Under the pieces are notes generated by a model. The model searched no databases. It was given only the letters and a program-made list of their open reading frames with translations, and was not told the DNA's origin. The position numbers and the translations under genes were made by a program. Positions 37,683 to 50,989 of a DNA stretch of 64,000 nt are shown here, one piece after another. The DNA is from Chiloscyllium plagiosum (taxonomy: Eukaryota), in the NCBI RefSeq assembly GCF_004010195.1, contig NC_057723.1, positions 15,832,355 through 15,896,354 of the forward strand, read 5' to 3'. The stretch's first letter is position 1. Each line of letters starts with the position of its first letter.

Positions 37683-38459
37683 CAGGAAATTTTAGTAAAC
37701 GAGTCTTCTCAAATTCCAGTGTGGATAATTAATTAATTTTAAGGATTCAGTTTAATGAAATTAAATTAATAAGAAAGTAGTTATATTAAAATATTTATAA
37801 AATATATATTTATCCAATATGAGACATAAAATGATAACCCTTGGAGTAAGAGTCTAATCAGATAGCAATTGAGTTACATTGGTTGTGTAGAAACCCATGG
37901 CACAAAGCCTTAACACATTAGATTTAACCTGAGGAGGCAGCACTCACCATTAAAATCTCATTCTGGCTTGTAACTGGAACAAATAGTCATTGATAGGATA
38001 ATCTAAATTACATAGCTTTAGATTCATCCAAAATGTTACTACTGACCAAAAAAGATGTCAGAAAGCAATTACACATGTGCTGGTGGCTGCAATATGGGAC
38101 TGCAGACACATTCAGATCTGTTTCTGATTTGCTTTTTCAGTCAGAGTTACCATGCTTTCTTTTCAAAGAAAATTCTGTCAGGTTTCTTCCATGAGCATAA
38201 GAGTGAGAAGACCCTTCTCTTGAAGTTTATCGTAATTCCTAAGTTTTTCTTTCCGTTGAGGAATCATTCCTGCAGCTCTCCTCTGATCCTTTTTTGAAGG
38301 ACAAAACATAAGATGTTCAAAACTGATCCCATTATTCTGTATACTCATGTCTTTATATGCTAATAGATTATGGAGTCCTTTTGATTTGTATGTTGTGGTT
38401 CTATTAATCTCACTGTCAGCTTTAACTACGTACATCAAGCTGGATTTTCACAACCACTT

Positions 38460-38772
38460 GGGGAGGTGATAGCTAATGGTACTATCTCTAGAATGCTAAT
38501 CTGGAGACCTAGGAAATGTTCTGGGGCCTGGATTTTAATCCTGCCATGACAGATGGTGGAATTTGAATTCAATAATAATCTGGAAATAAGCGTCTAATGA
38601 CGACCATGAAACCATTGTCAATAGTTGGGAAAAAAAACCCATCTCGTTCACTACATGTGACTCCAGATCCAGAACAATGTGATTGGCTCTTACCTGCCCT
38701 CTGGCCAATTAAGGATTGGCAATAAATGCTGGCCTAGCCAGTGACAACCTCATTTGTGGATGAATTTTTAAA
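38460..38772 (+). mobile_element. Old tRNA-derived SINE with LINE-like tail
   Basis: tRNA-like head and tail ggcaataaatgctggcctagccag, shared with the LINE end at ~62050-62105; partial copies near 20934 and 52915. Confidence 0.65.
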
Positions 38773-38997
38773 AACTTAGAAGCAGGCTTTGGGGCAGAGG
38801 GAATTGAGGAAAAATTGGGGAGGGCCAGGATGAATTTCTGTAACTAGATCAAGTGCCTACCCTGCACAAACCAGACAGCCAATTGATAAACTGAACTTAG
38901 GTCCTCTTTAAGGGCCATTTTGTGCATGAAGTGATATTTTTGTGCTGTCAAAGCCATCGCCTCTCCCCCCACCCCAACCCCCTCAATCATATGTGAC

Positions 38998-39184
38998 GTG
39001 GAGGTGCCGATGTTGGACTGGGGCGGACAAAGTCAGAAGTCACACAATGCCAGGTTATAGTTCAACAGGTTTATTTGAAATCACAAGCTTTCGAGCACTA
39101 CTCCGTCACATATGATTGAACTCCGAACGAGTGAGCAGTGCTCCGAAAGCTTGTGACCATTACCTGGTGTTGTGTAACCTCTGA
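38998..39184. mobile_element. Fold-back family E element with ~14-bp TSD
   Basis: TSD ctcaatcatatgtg (38982-38995) / ctcaattatgtgtg (39185-39198); GAGC-AGT-GCTC-CGAAAGCTT at ~39134-39152. Confidence 0.8.
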
Positions 39185-40736
39185 CTCAATTATGTGTGGA
39201 AGCTGTCAGCTTAATTAAGATAATCTCCCAACAACAAACAAGGGGAAGGAGACCATTGGAACTTCTGGCTCCATTTTCAATTATGTAGATGCACAAGCGA
39301 TTGTACTCCATCCCAAAAGCTTTAGATCATTTAATTTATAACTTCAATACACGCAGTCAAGTTGGCATCCATGTTGAGGTGCCATCTTATTCACCTGCCT
39401 GCTGAAATGGCAAGCACCTCTCCTTGTGGCACTGCCAATCTGACAGCACTAAGGGACCTCTGCTTGGGACTGCAGTCTCTGCCTTGAGTGATCTGTGCAG
39501 TATAACATCTGGTTCCTCTACTCACTGACTACTTTCATTATTGTGTTCATCCTGCCAATACGCATGACTCTCCATTCATCAAGATTAAATACTACTTGCT
39601 ATTGTGTGCCCTGTTCCCTGACCATGTCTAAAACTCTTTGCACCAGAATGCATTCCTCTCTGGCTGAACAGTTGCACCTGTTTCGGAATTATCTGGAAGC
39701 CTAAGAATGTATCATCAACACCACTGTGTGGGCAATTGAGAAGAACAATGAAAAATAATGTGCTCAGAATATATACTCACTGATGCAATATACTGCAAAT
39801 CAAGCTCATCTATCCTGGGAGTCATAACATGAGTTAAAGATTATAAGAGTACACAAAATTCCCCAATTTACCTATCTTTTACACATGGGTTGACAGAAAG
39901 CCTAGACCAGGCTAAGTATTACTAACAACTAAGTATTACATTAAGTAGAATCTAGCTACAGATAATGAACAATCAATATTTTAAAATATTAGCCCATTTA
40001 TAAAAACTCCTGACACAAACTGATGGAGGGAAAGGCAACTCAGTGGTTCCAGGCCAAAGTGTTCCCTGAGATGATTCTTTTGCCCTGTCAGGACTTGCTG
40101 ATCTTTGATCTTTCTTCTCTTGGTCCTTTCATTTGCTGACAGGAGGCAAAAGGTGACTAGTTCACATTTAAAAAGTATTTGACACATTGGTTAAAAGCCA
40201 CAGCTTAAAGCAACTGATAAAGAGAAATAAACTGGCTTTCTTAAGGCTTCATTTTTATTTTTTAACTTCAGGGAAAAGAAGCTCCTTTTTCAGGCATTCG
40301 ATGGATTCTGACCAAGCATTCATTCTCACAAACTGTTCAGCAACTTGGTTTTTCACATCACACAGTTGTTAGAATTATTAGCAAACAGAAGGCTTTTGTC
40401 ATTGACAACTGGTCGCCATTCCACAGATCAGTCAGCCAATTGTTGCCAGCTGAACCTCCCTCCGTATACCCCCTCTGGCTTCACCTCCTCTGGTAATTTG
40501 CCCCACTGCTTGAACAAGCAGCGGTGTGAACGGAATTTATAATGTGTGTCACTGACTTACTTTCAAAATGTGCCATAATTCTTTCCGCAGATGTTGATTT
40601 TCTAAAACAATCCTTTCCCCATTTTGGTTCACAATCAAAACTACAGAAAAGTGAAAAAAATAACATTGTCTTTGCAATTGGAATAGCAGGGCAGCACTCG
40701 ATATATGCTCAAAGGCTTCACAAACTTTAACTGCAA

Positions 40737-41025
40737 AGTGGCTCAGTGGTTATCACTGCACCAGGGTCCCAGGTTCAATTCCAGCCTTGGGTGACTGTCT
40801 GTGTGGAGTTTGCACGTTCTCCCCGTATCTGCGTGGGTTTCCTTCAGGTGCTCCGGTTTCCTCCCACAGTCCAAAGATATGCAAAGGTGAATTAGCCATG
40901 CTAAATTGCCCCATAGTGTTAGGTCAATTAGTCAGGGAAATGGGTCTGGTTGGGTTACTCTCTGGAGGGTCAGTGTGGACTGATTGGGCCGAAGGGCCTG
41001 TTTCCACACTGTAGGGAATCTAATC
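40737..41025 (+). mobile_element. HE1-type V-SINE
   Basis: tRNA-like head, V-domain and gggccgaagggcctgtttccacactg tail. Confidence 0.9.
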
Positions 41026-44000
41026 CAAAATGACAGTAGGACAAGAGTCAACTCAATCTTGTGAATCAGGTTTCCAGTAATGTCATAAAAAATCTATCTG
41101 GTGAATTAAGGTGTTGTGACACACTGTATCAACGTTCTGACAGCCCATATAATATTGCTCTGTGATGAGATAATCATATTATTGCATACTGTGGTTTGAC
41201 AGTGTAGATATTATCTACTTAATGATACACTGTTAAAATTGAACACATTACTTATGCATCAGTAGCTGCTATAGCTAAGCTTTTCTGTTGCAAATTGTTT
41301 AGTTAAAGCAGGACACTTGTCCCTTATTGTTGGTGGAATGTGTCAATTCCTACTGGCTTCTCCATGACAGCTCTATTCATGCACAATCTTTTGACATTCT
41401 CCCTCTGGCATTTTCTCAGCAACTGCCAAATGTGACTGAAATCCTGCAGCTATGGGCTTAGCCAAGCTGTGCTGCTCCAAATGAAGACAAATCCCTGTTA
41501 TGTGGAAATTAATAATTTGGTACAAGGCGTACTGCTACAGTTTAATTTTAGCTTAGTATAATTTGCTGTAAGTATTCATTGTCATTCTCAAATGGCAAGG
41601 ACCGTGATGAGTGCTTGTAAGTGCTGATTAAAAAAGGAAGTTGAGAGATCAGGACAGTTTAAAGATAATGGGGAAGCAAGGTTACAAAGATTGCATTGAT
41701 TGCTCAGGGACAGGAAGCACCCTGGGATGGTACCAATGCAACCTACATGGGATCCTTCAAGTACATTAATGACAAATACAAAATAGACCGTGCAGGTAGT
41801 GACTTGAGGTTCTGCCTTTCCAAGGATTAAAGATACATCGCTGTGACAATATTAAAACTGAAACTATGCAAGCTAATTACTTGCCGATGATATCATTACA
41901 CAGAATGATAAAGAGAAGAAATATGGTATAGATATTTGAACTGAGGGGCACTTAAAGAAAGGCAGAGAAGAAGGAAGACGTGCCAACGGTCCCACGAAGG
42001 TGAAGGTAACAACAAATGAATGACAAGCAAAGTAGGATAGCTCACTTAGCTGCCCTGACTATTTTCTGAAACAAACAATTAGTTCCAAATACTTTATTAA
42101 AATAAACTACGAAAACCATAATAACATGAAAACTAGAACCGGTCATTAAGGGATCTGAGAAAATTAGATTATTATAAGTGGCAGAAAAGTTGGAGATAAT
42201 TTAACTTTTGAATTAGAAGTTAACTGGAAGATATTTATATTTGCAAACCAGGTCTTTGGGTGAGGAAGCTAAAATTGTTGACCCAGGACATTTTTAATCT
42301 CAGAAAACAGAAGTTGTTGTTGAAACTCAGCAGGTCTGGTAGTATCTACAGAGTGACCCTGTTTCAAATCTGCAGCATCCACAGCTGTTTGTTTGTACCT
42401 GTATTTCTTTTAAAATTGACTTTCAAGACAAATAAGGATGCAAGCGTAACTCTACCTGAAGGTATTTGACAAAAGTTCTTTACAACATTTTGACAAGCAA
42501 GTAGCCCATTACTTAAAGGGTTCAACTCACCATTGGCCAGCAAATCTTGTACATCGACAATAGAAAGAACCAAAAGAGCTTAATAAATTATCACACAACA
42601 GACTGCATTTGTTTAATTTTAGCTGAATATAGTTTACTGTAATTACCTACGACCATTCTCAAATGGCAAGTGCAATGGTGAGTGTTTCGCTTTGGAAACG
42701 GTCTATACTGGAGCTAAGAGATGGAAAACTGTTAAACAAGCCATCGAAGTAATGGGGTATTTACATAAACCTGCAATATTTGACAGGGCTTTGATTTAAT
42801 GACTCATGTAAAAGATGACAGCCGCAGCTCAATATTGCACTGATGTGTCAGTCTCTGTGGCAGGCTCTGCCTAGCAAGTTGATGGTTTGTTCCATGGTGG
42901 TCAGCTTTCTGTTAAGCATCACCTGGCGTGACTCAGCAGTCCCACTCTGGCATGGCAGTCTTTGTTGCATCTGCTGCAGAGGAAGATATTGGACTGGGAA
43001 GGTGTAGGATTCTCTGGTAATACCAGCATCAAACAGTGACCTGTTTGACCCCAATTCAGCTCTTAAAAGACTCTGGATTTGCCTGTTATCACTGACTGAA
43101 CCCATTCTGTTGTACTGTGGTGTGTCAGCACCTGAATAGTCAGGGGCTTCCCGACTTGAGTTAGGCAGTGGCTCACGTGATCCCTCCTACTATCACAGAC
43201 AGCCCATAGCATCTGTTCTATGCGACTTTCAACTTGAGTTTAACACTCGAGACTGCAGTCCCCTGTGTTATATTAATGCTCTCCGGGGGAAAAACCTGGA
43301 AAAAGTGTATGGAGATTCATGACTACCAAAAAAGTCAGGGACCCCCTCTGAACCTCTAAGTTGAATTTGGAGGAAGCAAGCCATTGTGTTTGGTGCAGGT
43401 TAGTTGCAGATGTTCCTGGAAAAATTACCTCATTAGCCATCCACTTGACTTTGCACTCCAGTCCTGTTTCTTTGTCAGCATTTATTTCTTTAGCCTTCAC
43501 CTCTCCTGAAGTATTCACAAGCCAGGAGAGTTATTTGATCATAGCTGGGATTTGGATACATGAACAACAGCAGGCTGCTCAATGTATGCCTGAAGGTCAA
43601 ACCACTTCCAAGTTCGTGTTAAACTTTGGCCTGAGACTGTGAGGAACTCAGGCGTGTCATCATAAGGAAATATGACTGAGACATGTTGATGGAAAGTTTA
43701 TGTACTGACAGCGAGAGACATACACATTAGGCACTTTACTTCACATTTCTATGAAGCAGTGGTGTCATCTGAAAATGAGAAACAAACCAATATTCAAAAG
43801 CAGAAAGCAGTCTTTGTCTCTTCACTCATACATAAGACAAGGCGTTAGCCTGTTGGATGCATTATTTCAACTGACACTATAGCATCTTTAATCAAGTATT
43901 CCAGGTAAGAAAGAAGGATCTGTTTTTAAAAAAAATCTTTATTTTTGTTGGGAGAATTTTCATCAAATTCATTTTCAATAAACGATTTCATAGATCTTAA

Positions 44001-44420
44001 TAGTTACAGAAGGAAGCCTTTCAGCTCATCATAAATTTGCCAATCAAACACTAACCCAGCTGACCTACTCTCTTGTAATCATTCTCTGTTTCAAATGATT
44101 ATCTAATTTTTCATCAGGGATTTTAGTCTCAACCTCCCCTATACAGTCCAGGAGCCTGCTGCTTAAGTAAGTTTTTCCCCAGTATCATCATCAGTGATAA
44201 CTTTAAATTGATGGCCCATGCCAGTTGTGATCAAACAGAGAAATGTATCTTTTCCAATTGATTACCAAAGCTTATTAAATCGCTTGTCTTTTCTCCAACA
44301 ATAAAAATAGTCTCAGTGTTTTCAATCTTCTGTCCTTAATTATAATTCTTAATCCTAGATGTCATCCTAATGAATCTAAGCTGTGCTCAGCCCAAGAATT
44401 CATTCTTCCTTCTACAAACA

Positions 44421-44595
44421 CTCCTCCCTACCTTTTATCTTCTCCTGCTGAACACTCTCTGCTCATTCCTGAAGAAGGGCCTGTGCCCGAAACGTCGAAT
44501 CTCCTGTTCCCTGGATGCTGCCTGACCTGCTGTGCTGTTCCAGCAATAAAGTTTCAACTTTGATCTCCAGCATCTGCAGACCTCACTTTCTCCTC
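44421..44595 (+). mobile_element. PLE 3' terminal fragment (family A)
   Basis: ctcctccctaccttttatc...ctgcagacctcactttctcc, the same 3' terminus as the 14201 element. Confidence 0.9.
44465..44500 (+). ncRNA. Minimal type I hammerhead ribozyme motif, best formed in the window
   Basis: Stem I AUUC/GAAU, core CUGAAGA, stem II GGGC-CUGU-GCCC, GAAAC-GUC. Confidence 0.75.
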
Positions 44596-46047
44596 TTTGG
44601 ATACATGAACAACAGCAGGCTGCTCACTGTATGCCTGAAGGTCAAACCACTTCCAAGTTCGTGTCAAACTTTGGCCTGAGACTGTGAGGAACTCAGGCGT
44701 GTCATCATAAGGAAACATGACTGAGACATGTTGATGGAAAGTTTATGTACTGGCAGCGAGAGACATACACGTTAGGCACTTTATTTCACATTTCTATGAA
44801 GCAGTGGTGTCATCTGAAAATGAGAAACAAACCAATATTCAAAAGCAGAAAGCATGCTTTGTCTCTTCACTCACACATAAGACAAGGCGTTAGCCTGTTG
44901 GATGCATTATTTCAACCGACACTATAGCATCTTTAATCAAGTATTCCAGGTAAGAAAGAAGGATCTTTTTTAAAAAAAAAATCATTACTTTTGTTGGGAG
45001 AATTTTCATCAAATTCATTTTCAATAAATGGTTTCATAGATCTTAATAGTAACAGAAGGAAGCCTTTCAGCTCATCATAACTTTGCCAATCAAACACTAA
45101 TCCAGCTGACCTACTCTCTTGTAATAATTCTCTGTTTCAAATGATTATCTAATTTTTCATCAGGGATTTTAGTCTCAACCTCCCCTTTACAGTCCAGGAG
45201 CCTGCTGCTTAAGTAAGTTTTTCCACAGTATCATCATCAGTGATAACTTTAAATTGATGGCCCATGCCAGTTGTGACCAAACAGAGAAATGTATCTTTTC
45301 CAATTGATTACCAAAGCTTATTAAATCGCTTGTCTTTTCTCCGACAATAAAAATAGTCTCAGTGTTTTCAATCTTCTGTCCTTAATTATAGTTCTTAATC
45401 CTAGATGTCATCCTAATGAATCTAAGCTGTGCTCAGCCCAAGAATTCATTCTTCCTTCTACAAACAGGAAATCATAACAAAGTTCTGTAACCACAGTCAA
45501 GTCCAGCTTTTTTAGAAATGCAATGGTATGTCTTCATTTTTATACCCTTATTCATTAGAGTTATTAATATTGCTGTCTTTACATATGACTTAATTCACCC
45601 CTGGTTTCTCTTCCATGGAAGTATGCATTCAAACTCTTGGATTTCTCTGTACATACTCAACAGTTGTGACAGCATCTTTAAGAACAAGAAGCAAAATTAA
45701 TGCTTCTAGTCCTTGACCTTTTCTTCAAACTGTTCTAATGATTCTGACACACTGAGTGGAATTTCCTAAGAGTCTGTGGTGAGATTTGTGGTAGAATCAG
45801 ATGAGATGACCAGCGAGACCTAACTTGACATTGGGAGCATCTCACTCCTTCTTTTATGCTTTAGGCAAGAAGCACAGCAAGGGACATATTGCCTGTTGAA
45901 TGCCTTGTTTACTCGGCCCATTAATATTGAGCTTCCTCCTGAACAATTACACCAACAAATCGATATGTTGAGACAACTCAACATAAGAAGCTGAGTGGGT
46001 GCCTGGTGATTTCAACTTGTTGCTTGCTGTAAAGGACTCTTTGTTGT

Positions 46048-47060
46048 CTTAGAGTCATACAGCATGGAAACAGACCCTTCATTCAAACCAGTCCACACCA
46101 ATCATGTTCCCAAAACTAAACTGGTAACACTTACCTGCATTTGGCCCATGTCCCTGTAAAGCTTTCCTATTTATGTACTGATCCAAATGTCTTTTAAATG
46201 TTGTAACTGTACTTGCATCTATCACTTTCTTTGGCAGTTCATTCCACACACAACCCACTCTCTGTGTAAATATGTAGCCCCTCTTTCCTTTTTCAAATTT
46301 TCTCCTCTCACCTTACAGATGTGTCCCCTAGTTTTGAACTCACCCACCCTGGAGAAAAGACCCTTGCAATTCACCTTATCTATGCCCCTCATGATTTTAT
46401 AAACCTCAACTTCCTATAGTTCAGTGAAACAAGTCCGATCCAGCCTATTTTTATAACTCAAAACCCTCCCTTCCTGGCAAGATCCCGTTAAATCTGTTCT
46501 GAACCGTCTCCAATTTAATAATATCCTTCCTGCAGCAGGGTGACCAGAACTGCACACAGTACTCCAGAAGAGGCCGAAACAACGTCCTATACAACCTCAA
46601 CATGACGTCCCAACTCTTATACTCAAAGGCCCGAGCAATGAAGGCAAGCATACTAAACACCTTCTAAACTACCCCGTCTACCTGCGATGCAATTTATCCA
46701 CATTTATGTTTTCTAAGACCTCCAGCATTTCCTCTTATGTAATGCGAACTGTTTTCAAAATATCAATCTTTATTTCACTGAGCTCTCTAGTCTCCATTTT
46801 TTTCTCCACAGTAAAAACTGATGTGAAATATTCATTTAGTTTCTCTCCCATCTCCTGAGGTTGAATACATAGATGACCTTGTTGATCTTTAAGCAGCCCT
46901 ATTCTCTTTCTAGTTGCTTGTTTGCTTTTAATGTACTTGGATTATCCTTAACCATATCTGACAAAGCTATCTGAGGTCTGTTCCTTGCCCTCCTGATTTC
47001 CCTTTTAAGAATGCCCCTATATTCTTTATACTCTTCAAGAGATTCATTTGATTGAGTAGG
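46048..47060 (-). mobile_element. CR1/HER1-like fragments
   Basis: MLAFIARAFEYKSWDVMLRLYRTLFRPLLEYCVQFWSP; 3' UTR at ~46050-46100. Confidence 0.85.
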
Positions 47061-48750
47061 TCTACACATCATCCCAGGGCATGACCCACAGCCACAAGCT
47101 GCGTGTATCCATTATCCACAGACATTGATACCCAACATTTACCAAACCCTCATGGTTATCATGGCCCATCTCCATGCACTTGTCATCAGATCGGGAAGCA
47201 CAGACCTGCATTTCAGGGCAAACCAGCAACAAACATTGAGATGCTGCAGCAGGGGCACTTTGCACAGGGGCAGGCATCTCACTCATGGGCTGGGCCAGGC
47301 TGCATCTCAGGACTGCTTATGTACTCCCTTAGTGCTCATTCACTTCATACCTACCTGCATGTTTGTAGTAACCATGTCATGCCATTCAATGTAATGATCT
47401 TTAGCACATTGGAACTTTAGCATGTGTTCTTTACCACAGACACACAAAACAGATTGCTTGTCAGTGTTTTTCAACCAAATGGTCTTGTCCAAACCTCATG
47501 GGACTCCATCATGGCCTCCACAGGGGGAGTGTTGAGCAACAGGGTGGTCATCATTAAGGTGTAATGTCAGGGGCAGGGAGGATCTGAGAGCAAAATTCAA
47601 TGTGCTGGGTCTCCACAGGTTGAGATTGCATGGAAATGAGTTTTTGAGGTAGTGTGAAGTAAAAAGGAACATAGGGGTTCTGAGGGAGACCGAGGTGCTG
47701 ACAGTGTCCACCTTGAGCTGCCTTCCCTGTCAACATTTGCCATTCTTGAGATGTAAAACTGCTGCCACAAAATGGCTGCAATAATGTCCAGCTCAGGCAA
47801 AGTCACTTTGATGGGCAAAGGCATGGTATCCATGTTTACTGGATGCTAGAACATTGAAGAATCAAAATTAATAAAGCAGTCATTTGCAAATCCCAGCTAC
47901 ATTTATTTTGCAACATTTCATCACCCATTTGTATGGAGTGATGGTGCTTTGGAGTTAAATGCTGGTCAAAGATGATTTGCATTATGCCATTGGCGCTTGC
48001 AAACTGTTATGACATCACAATGACGGTGAAGTTAGCATCAATGACTTGAAAAGAGGCCAGGGGTGGCCAAAAGTGAACCATTGGTCCTGCAACTTCCAAA
48101 GGTGCTGTGGGAAATGCTGACCATTGCTCCATCATCTGCCATGTATGTTAAACAATGGTCATACTGAATGCAATGATAAGTTTTATGATTGATGTGGATC
48201 TAGGATGGGAAGCGGACTGGAGCGCAGTGGGCACTATGTTGTGATGTAATGTGCCGATCACAACACCTTCACATACTGAGGCTGAAGCTGAATGAATGAT
48301 GGAGAGATGGCCCTCGTTATTGGGGTGCAGTGTGTCTTACTATGGATGGAGGAGTTTGCTCAGCCTCCATCTGCAACGTATCCCACCACTGACTCTTCTG
48401 ATACCCACTAACTTCTTTTAGTCATTGTGTTCCTAACATTAGTTATTTCCACTGAGGGTCCTGTGCTCTCCTGGTGGTAGGATGCCAGTCACTGTGGCTA
48501 CCTTCTTAAGAAGGCAAAGGCAAACACAGGAAGACCAGGGCTGAAGGCACACCCAGGAGCAGCAGCCACAGAATATGAGGAGCACCCAGCTCAGTGAGAG
48601 GTCACAGCCCCAGAAACCCGTAACATGCTTGAAGTCGACAGAAGATCCAGAAGTTTCTAGCCACAGCTCTAATTCACAGTGGATGTCAGAGGCACAGTGC
48701 CCACACAGGCTCCAAATTTCCAGGGTATTTTGGTGGAATCGTGCTGGATG

Positions 48751-48950
48751 CTGGAACAGACAATAGAGTTGCTAACGATGCAGTTCTGACATTTGTTTCA
48801 TTCTGGGGGTTGCTTTCCACTTTAGTCCGGACGGAGTGTGCCACACCAACCTGGTGCAGTGTGCTCTGCACAAATGGGGCAGGCAAGAAGGCAATGAGCT
48901 GGATGCAGAGGGTCTGGAAGAGAAATTTTCTGAGGAACAAGACAAGGACT
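48751..48950 (+). mobile_element. PIF/Harbinger (HARBI1-like) transposase C-terminal relic
   Basis: LEQTIELLTMQF*HLFHSGG / (frameshift) AFHFSPDGVCHTNLVQCALHKW...DAEGLEE, compared with the HARBI1-type motif IEQTIGLLKMRFRCLDRSGGALQYSP..VC.II.ACC.LHN plus acidic tail. Confidence 0.65.
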
Positions 48951-48953
48951 TGT

Positions 48954-49264
48954 GGGCGGCACGGTGGCACAGTGGTTAGCACTGCTGCCTCACATTGCCA
49001 GAGACCCGGGTTCAATTCCCGACTCAGGCGACTGACTGTGTGGAGTTTGCACGTTCTCCCCGTGTCTGCGTGGGTTTCCTCCGGGTGCTCCGGTTTCCTC
49101 CCACAGTCCAAAGATGTGCAGGTCTGGTGAATTGGCCATGCTAAATTGCCCGTTGTGTTAGGTAAGGGGTAAACGTAGGGTTATGGGTGGGTTGTGCTTC
49201 GGCGGGGCGGTGTGGACTTGTTGGGCCGAAGGGCCTGTTTCCACACTGTAAGTAATCTAATCTA
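48954..49264 (+). mobile_element. HE1-type V-SINE, full length
   Basis: gggcggcacggtggcacagtggttagc head, V-domain, taatc tail. Confidence 0.93.
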
Positions 49265-49933
49265 AAAAAAGGACATTGTGGGGGGGATGAAATTCTCCGT
49301 GTTCACGAAAGAGCTCAGCTGCATCGGGATAACAAGCCAGACAGAACCTCATTGACAACCAGTTCCAACAGAGGCAGACCATTGAGGATTGTAAAAGAAT
49401 CATGATGCTGGAATCTGGTTTGCACTGTGGGGGTGAACTTCAGTCTCTGGTGGTTTTGCTTGTAAGTCCTTTTACAATTAAAAATAAAGTTAGAAATTGT
49501 AATGATTTATAAATAGATTACAACTAAAAGCTCATGCTTGATGTTGTCTGATTAGCTGCCTGTGTGTGATGATCCCCCACTGGACAATGCCAAACTGTGG
49601 GTCTATATGACCACTGAGGACAGGGTGGTACTGACTTGGAGTGGGTGTTCAGATGGGATGCATCTCCAGATATATAATGTGTGTGGCTGATGATTAAGCA
49701 GTGAGAAAATGGTGTTGTAAGAAGGATTATCAGCCTTGCTGGCTGTATTATGGACAACATCGTTTTGTGGCTGCTGTGCCATTATGTTGTTCTGGAAGAG
49801 CAATGCTGGATTGCCAACCCTTGTCCAAGTCCACAGTGGTCTTTCACAGACAGCATGAAGGCACAAGGGGTGCCAATCTTTTGGGAGATATATGAATGGC
49901 ATATTGTTCCAGAAATGGCATGTAGTTAGATGG

Positions 49934-50081
49934 AAATGTGTTGCTGGAAAAGCGCAGGAGGAGAAGGGCTCATGCCTGAAACGTCGATTCTCCTGCTCCT
50001 TGGATGCTGCCTGACCTGCTGCGCTTTTCCAGCAACACATTTTCAGCTCTGATCTCCAGCATCTGCAGTCCTCACTTTCTC
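49934..50081. mobile_element. Fold-back PLE mini-element with 15-bp TSD
   Basis: TSD catgtagttagatgg (49919-49933) / catgtagtaagatgg (50082-50096). Confidence 0.88.
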
Positions 50082-50989
50082 CATGTAGTAAGATGGGGTT
50101 GGAATCATACACAAGGGATAGCATGGGGTTGGGTAGGTAGTTAATAAGATGAATTTAGTAAGATATGACAAGAAAATTTGTTAGATCTTGCCATGAAAAA
50201 CCTTGTAGTAAAATCCAATGCAACTTGAACTTGGCCAAAGGAAAAGAAAACGTAAGATTTAGTCCACTAATTCTGTTTTTCTCTGAACACCTTTTCATAT
50301 TCTCATGACTTGTTCTTTTCCCTCCAATTGTATTATTTAATTGAGTATATAACTTATTGGTTTTTCAGAGTAGGCTGCTCCATGTTAATACTGCTGCAAA
50401 GCTCCTGCTCTTTCAGTGAATGGACCATGAAAAATGGAGACAGTATTTAATAGTACAAGAGAACAACAGACTTCTTCGATGGAAATCTGCATCAAAGACA
50501 AAACCTGATAAACATTGTTTTATTTAGAATTAAATATAGTCTCATAAATTAAATATAGTCTCTAATGACCTGTGATTCCACACATTGAAAGTCTATACTC
50601 ATGATGTATTTTACAATATTAGTAAAGTTTAATGGAAAGGTGTGGGTGGGTCAAATCAGTGTTCTTTGTGTGATCAGGTCCTTAGCGAAGTTGCACGTTG
50701 TGTCTGGGCTACTTTTGACAAATTTAGATTCCAGCAAATCAATGTGTTTTTCAAGCAGTTGCTGATTTATACCTTGGGAATGAGTCATGTTTGAAGAATA
50801 ATTAGAAAACAAATTTGAAGTTAATGGGCCTGCACATTGCCTCACTCTGTGACCTCCAGCTTCATTAAAGCAACTCCTAAGCTTGCTGCCTATCCTAATT
50901 CTAAAACTGGATTTATCCCTTATTGAAAACTAGTGATAAACATTTCAGAAAGCTCAATCAGCAGCTTCAGTTAATGTAACCCCTCTCTG

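Larger units (their letters stand above)
43551..45466 (+). repeat. ~870-bp direct duplication (43551-44420 and 44596-45466) flanking a PLE fragment
   Basis: Both copies run tttggatacatgaac...ccttctacaaaca; about 25 differences by eye. Confidence 0.95.

Noticed and set aside
42848-43518. Second Harbinger transposase as a called feature
   Set aside because: Only one short motif (MEQTINLL) matches, which is too weak to annotate.
50528-50562. Short tandem duplication aattaaatatagtctc
   Set aside because: Ordinary slippage-type duplication with no further structure.
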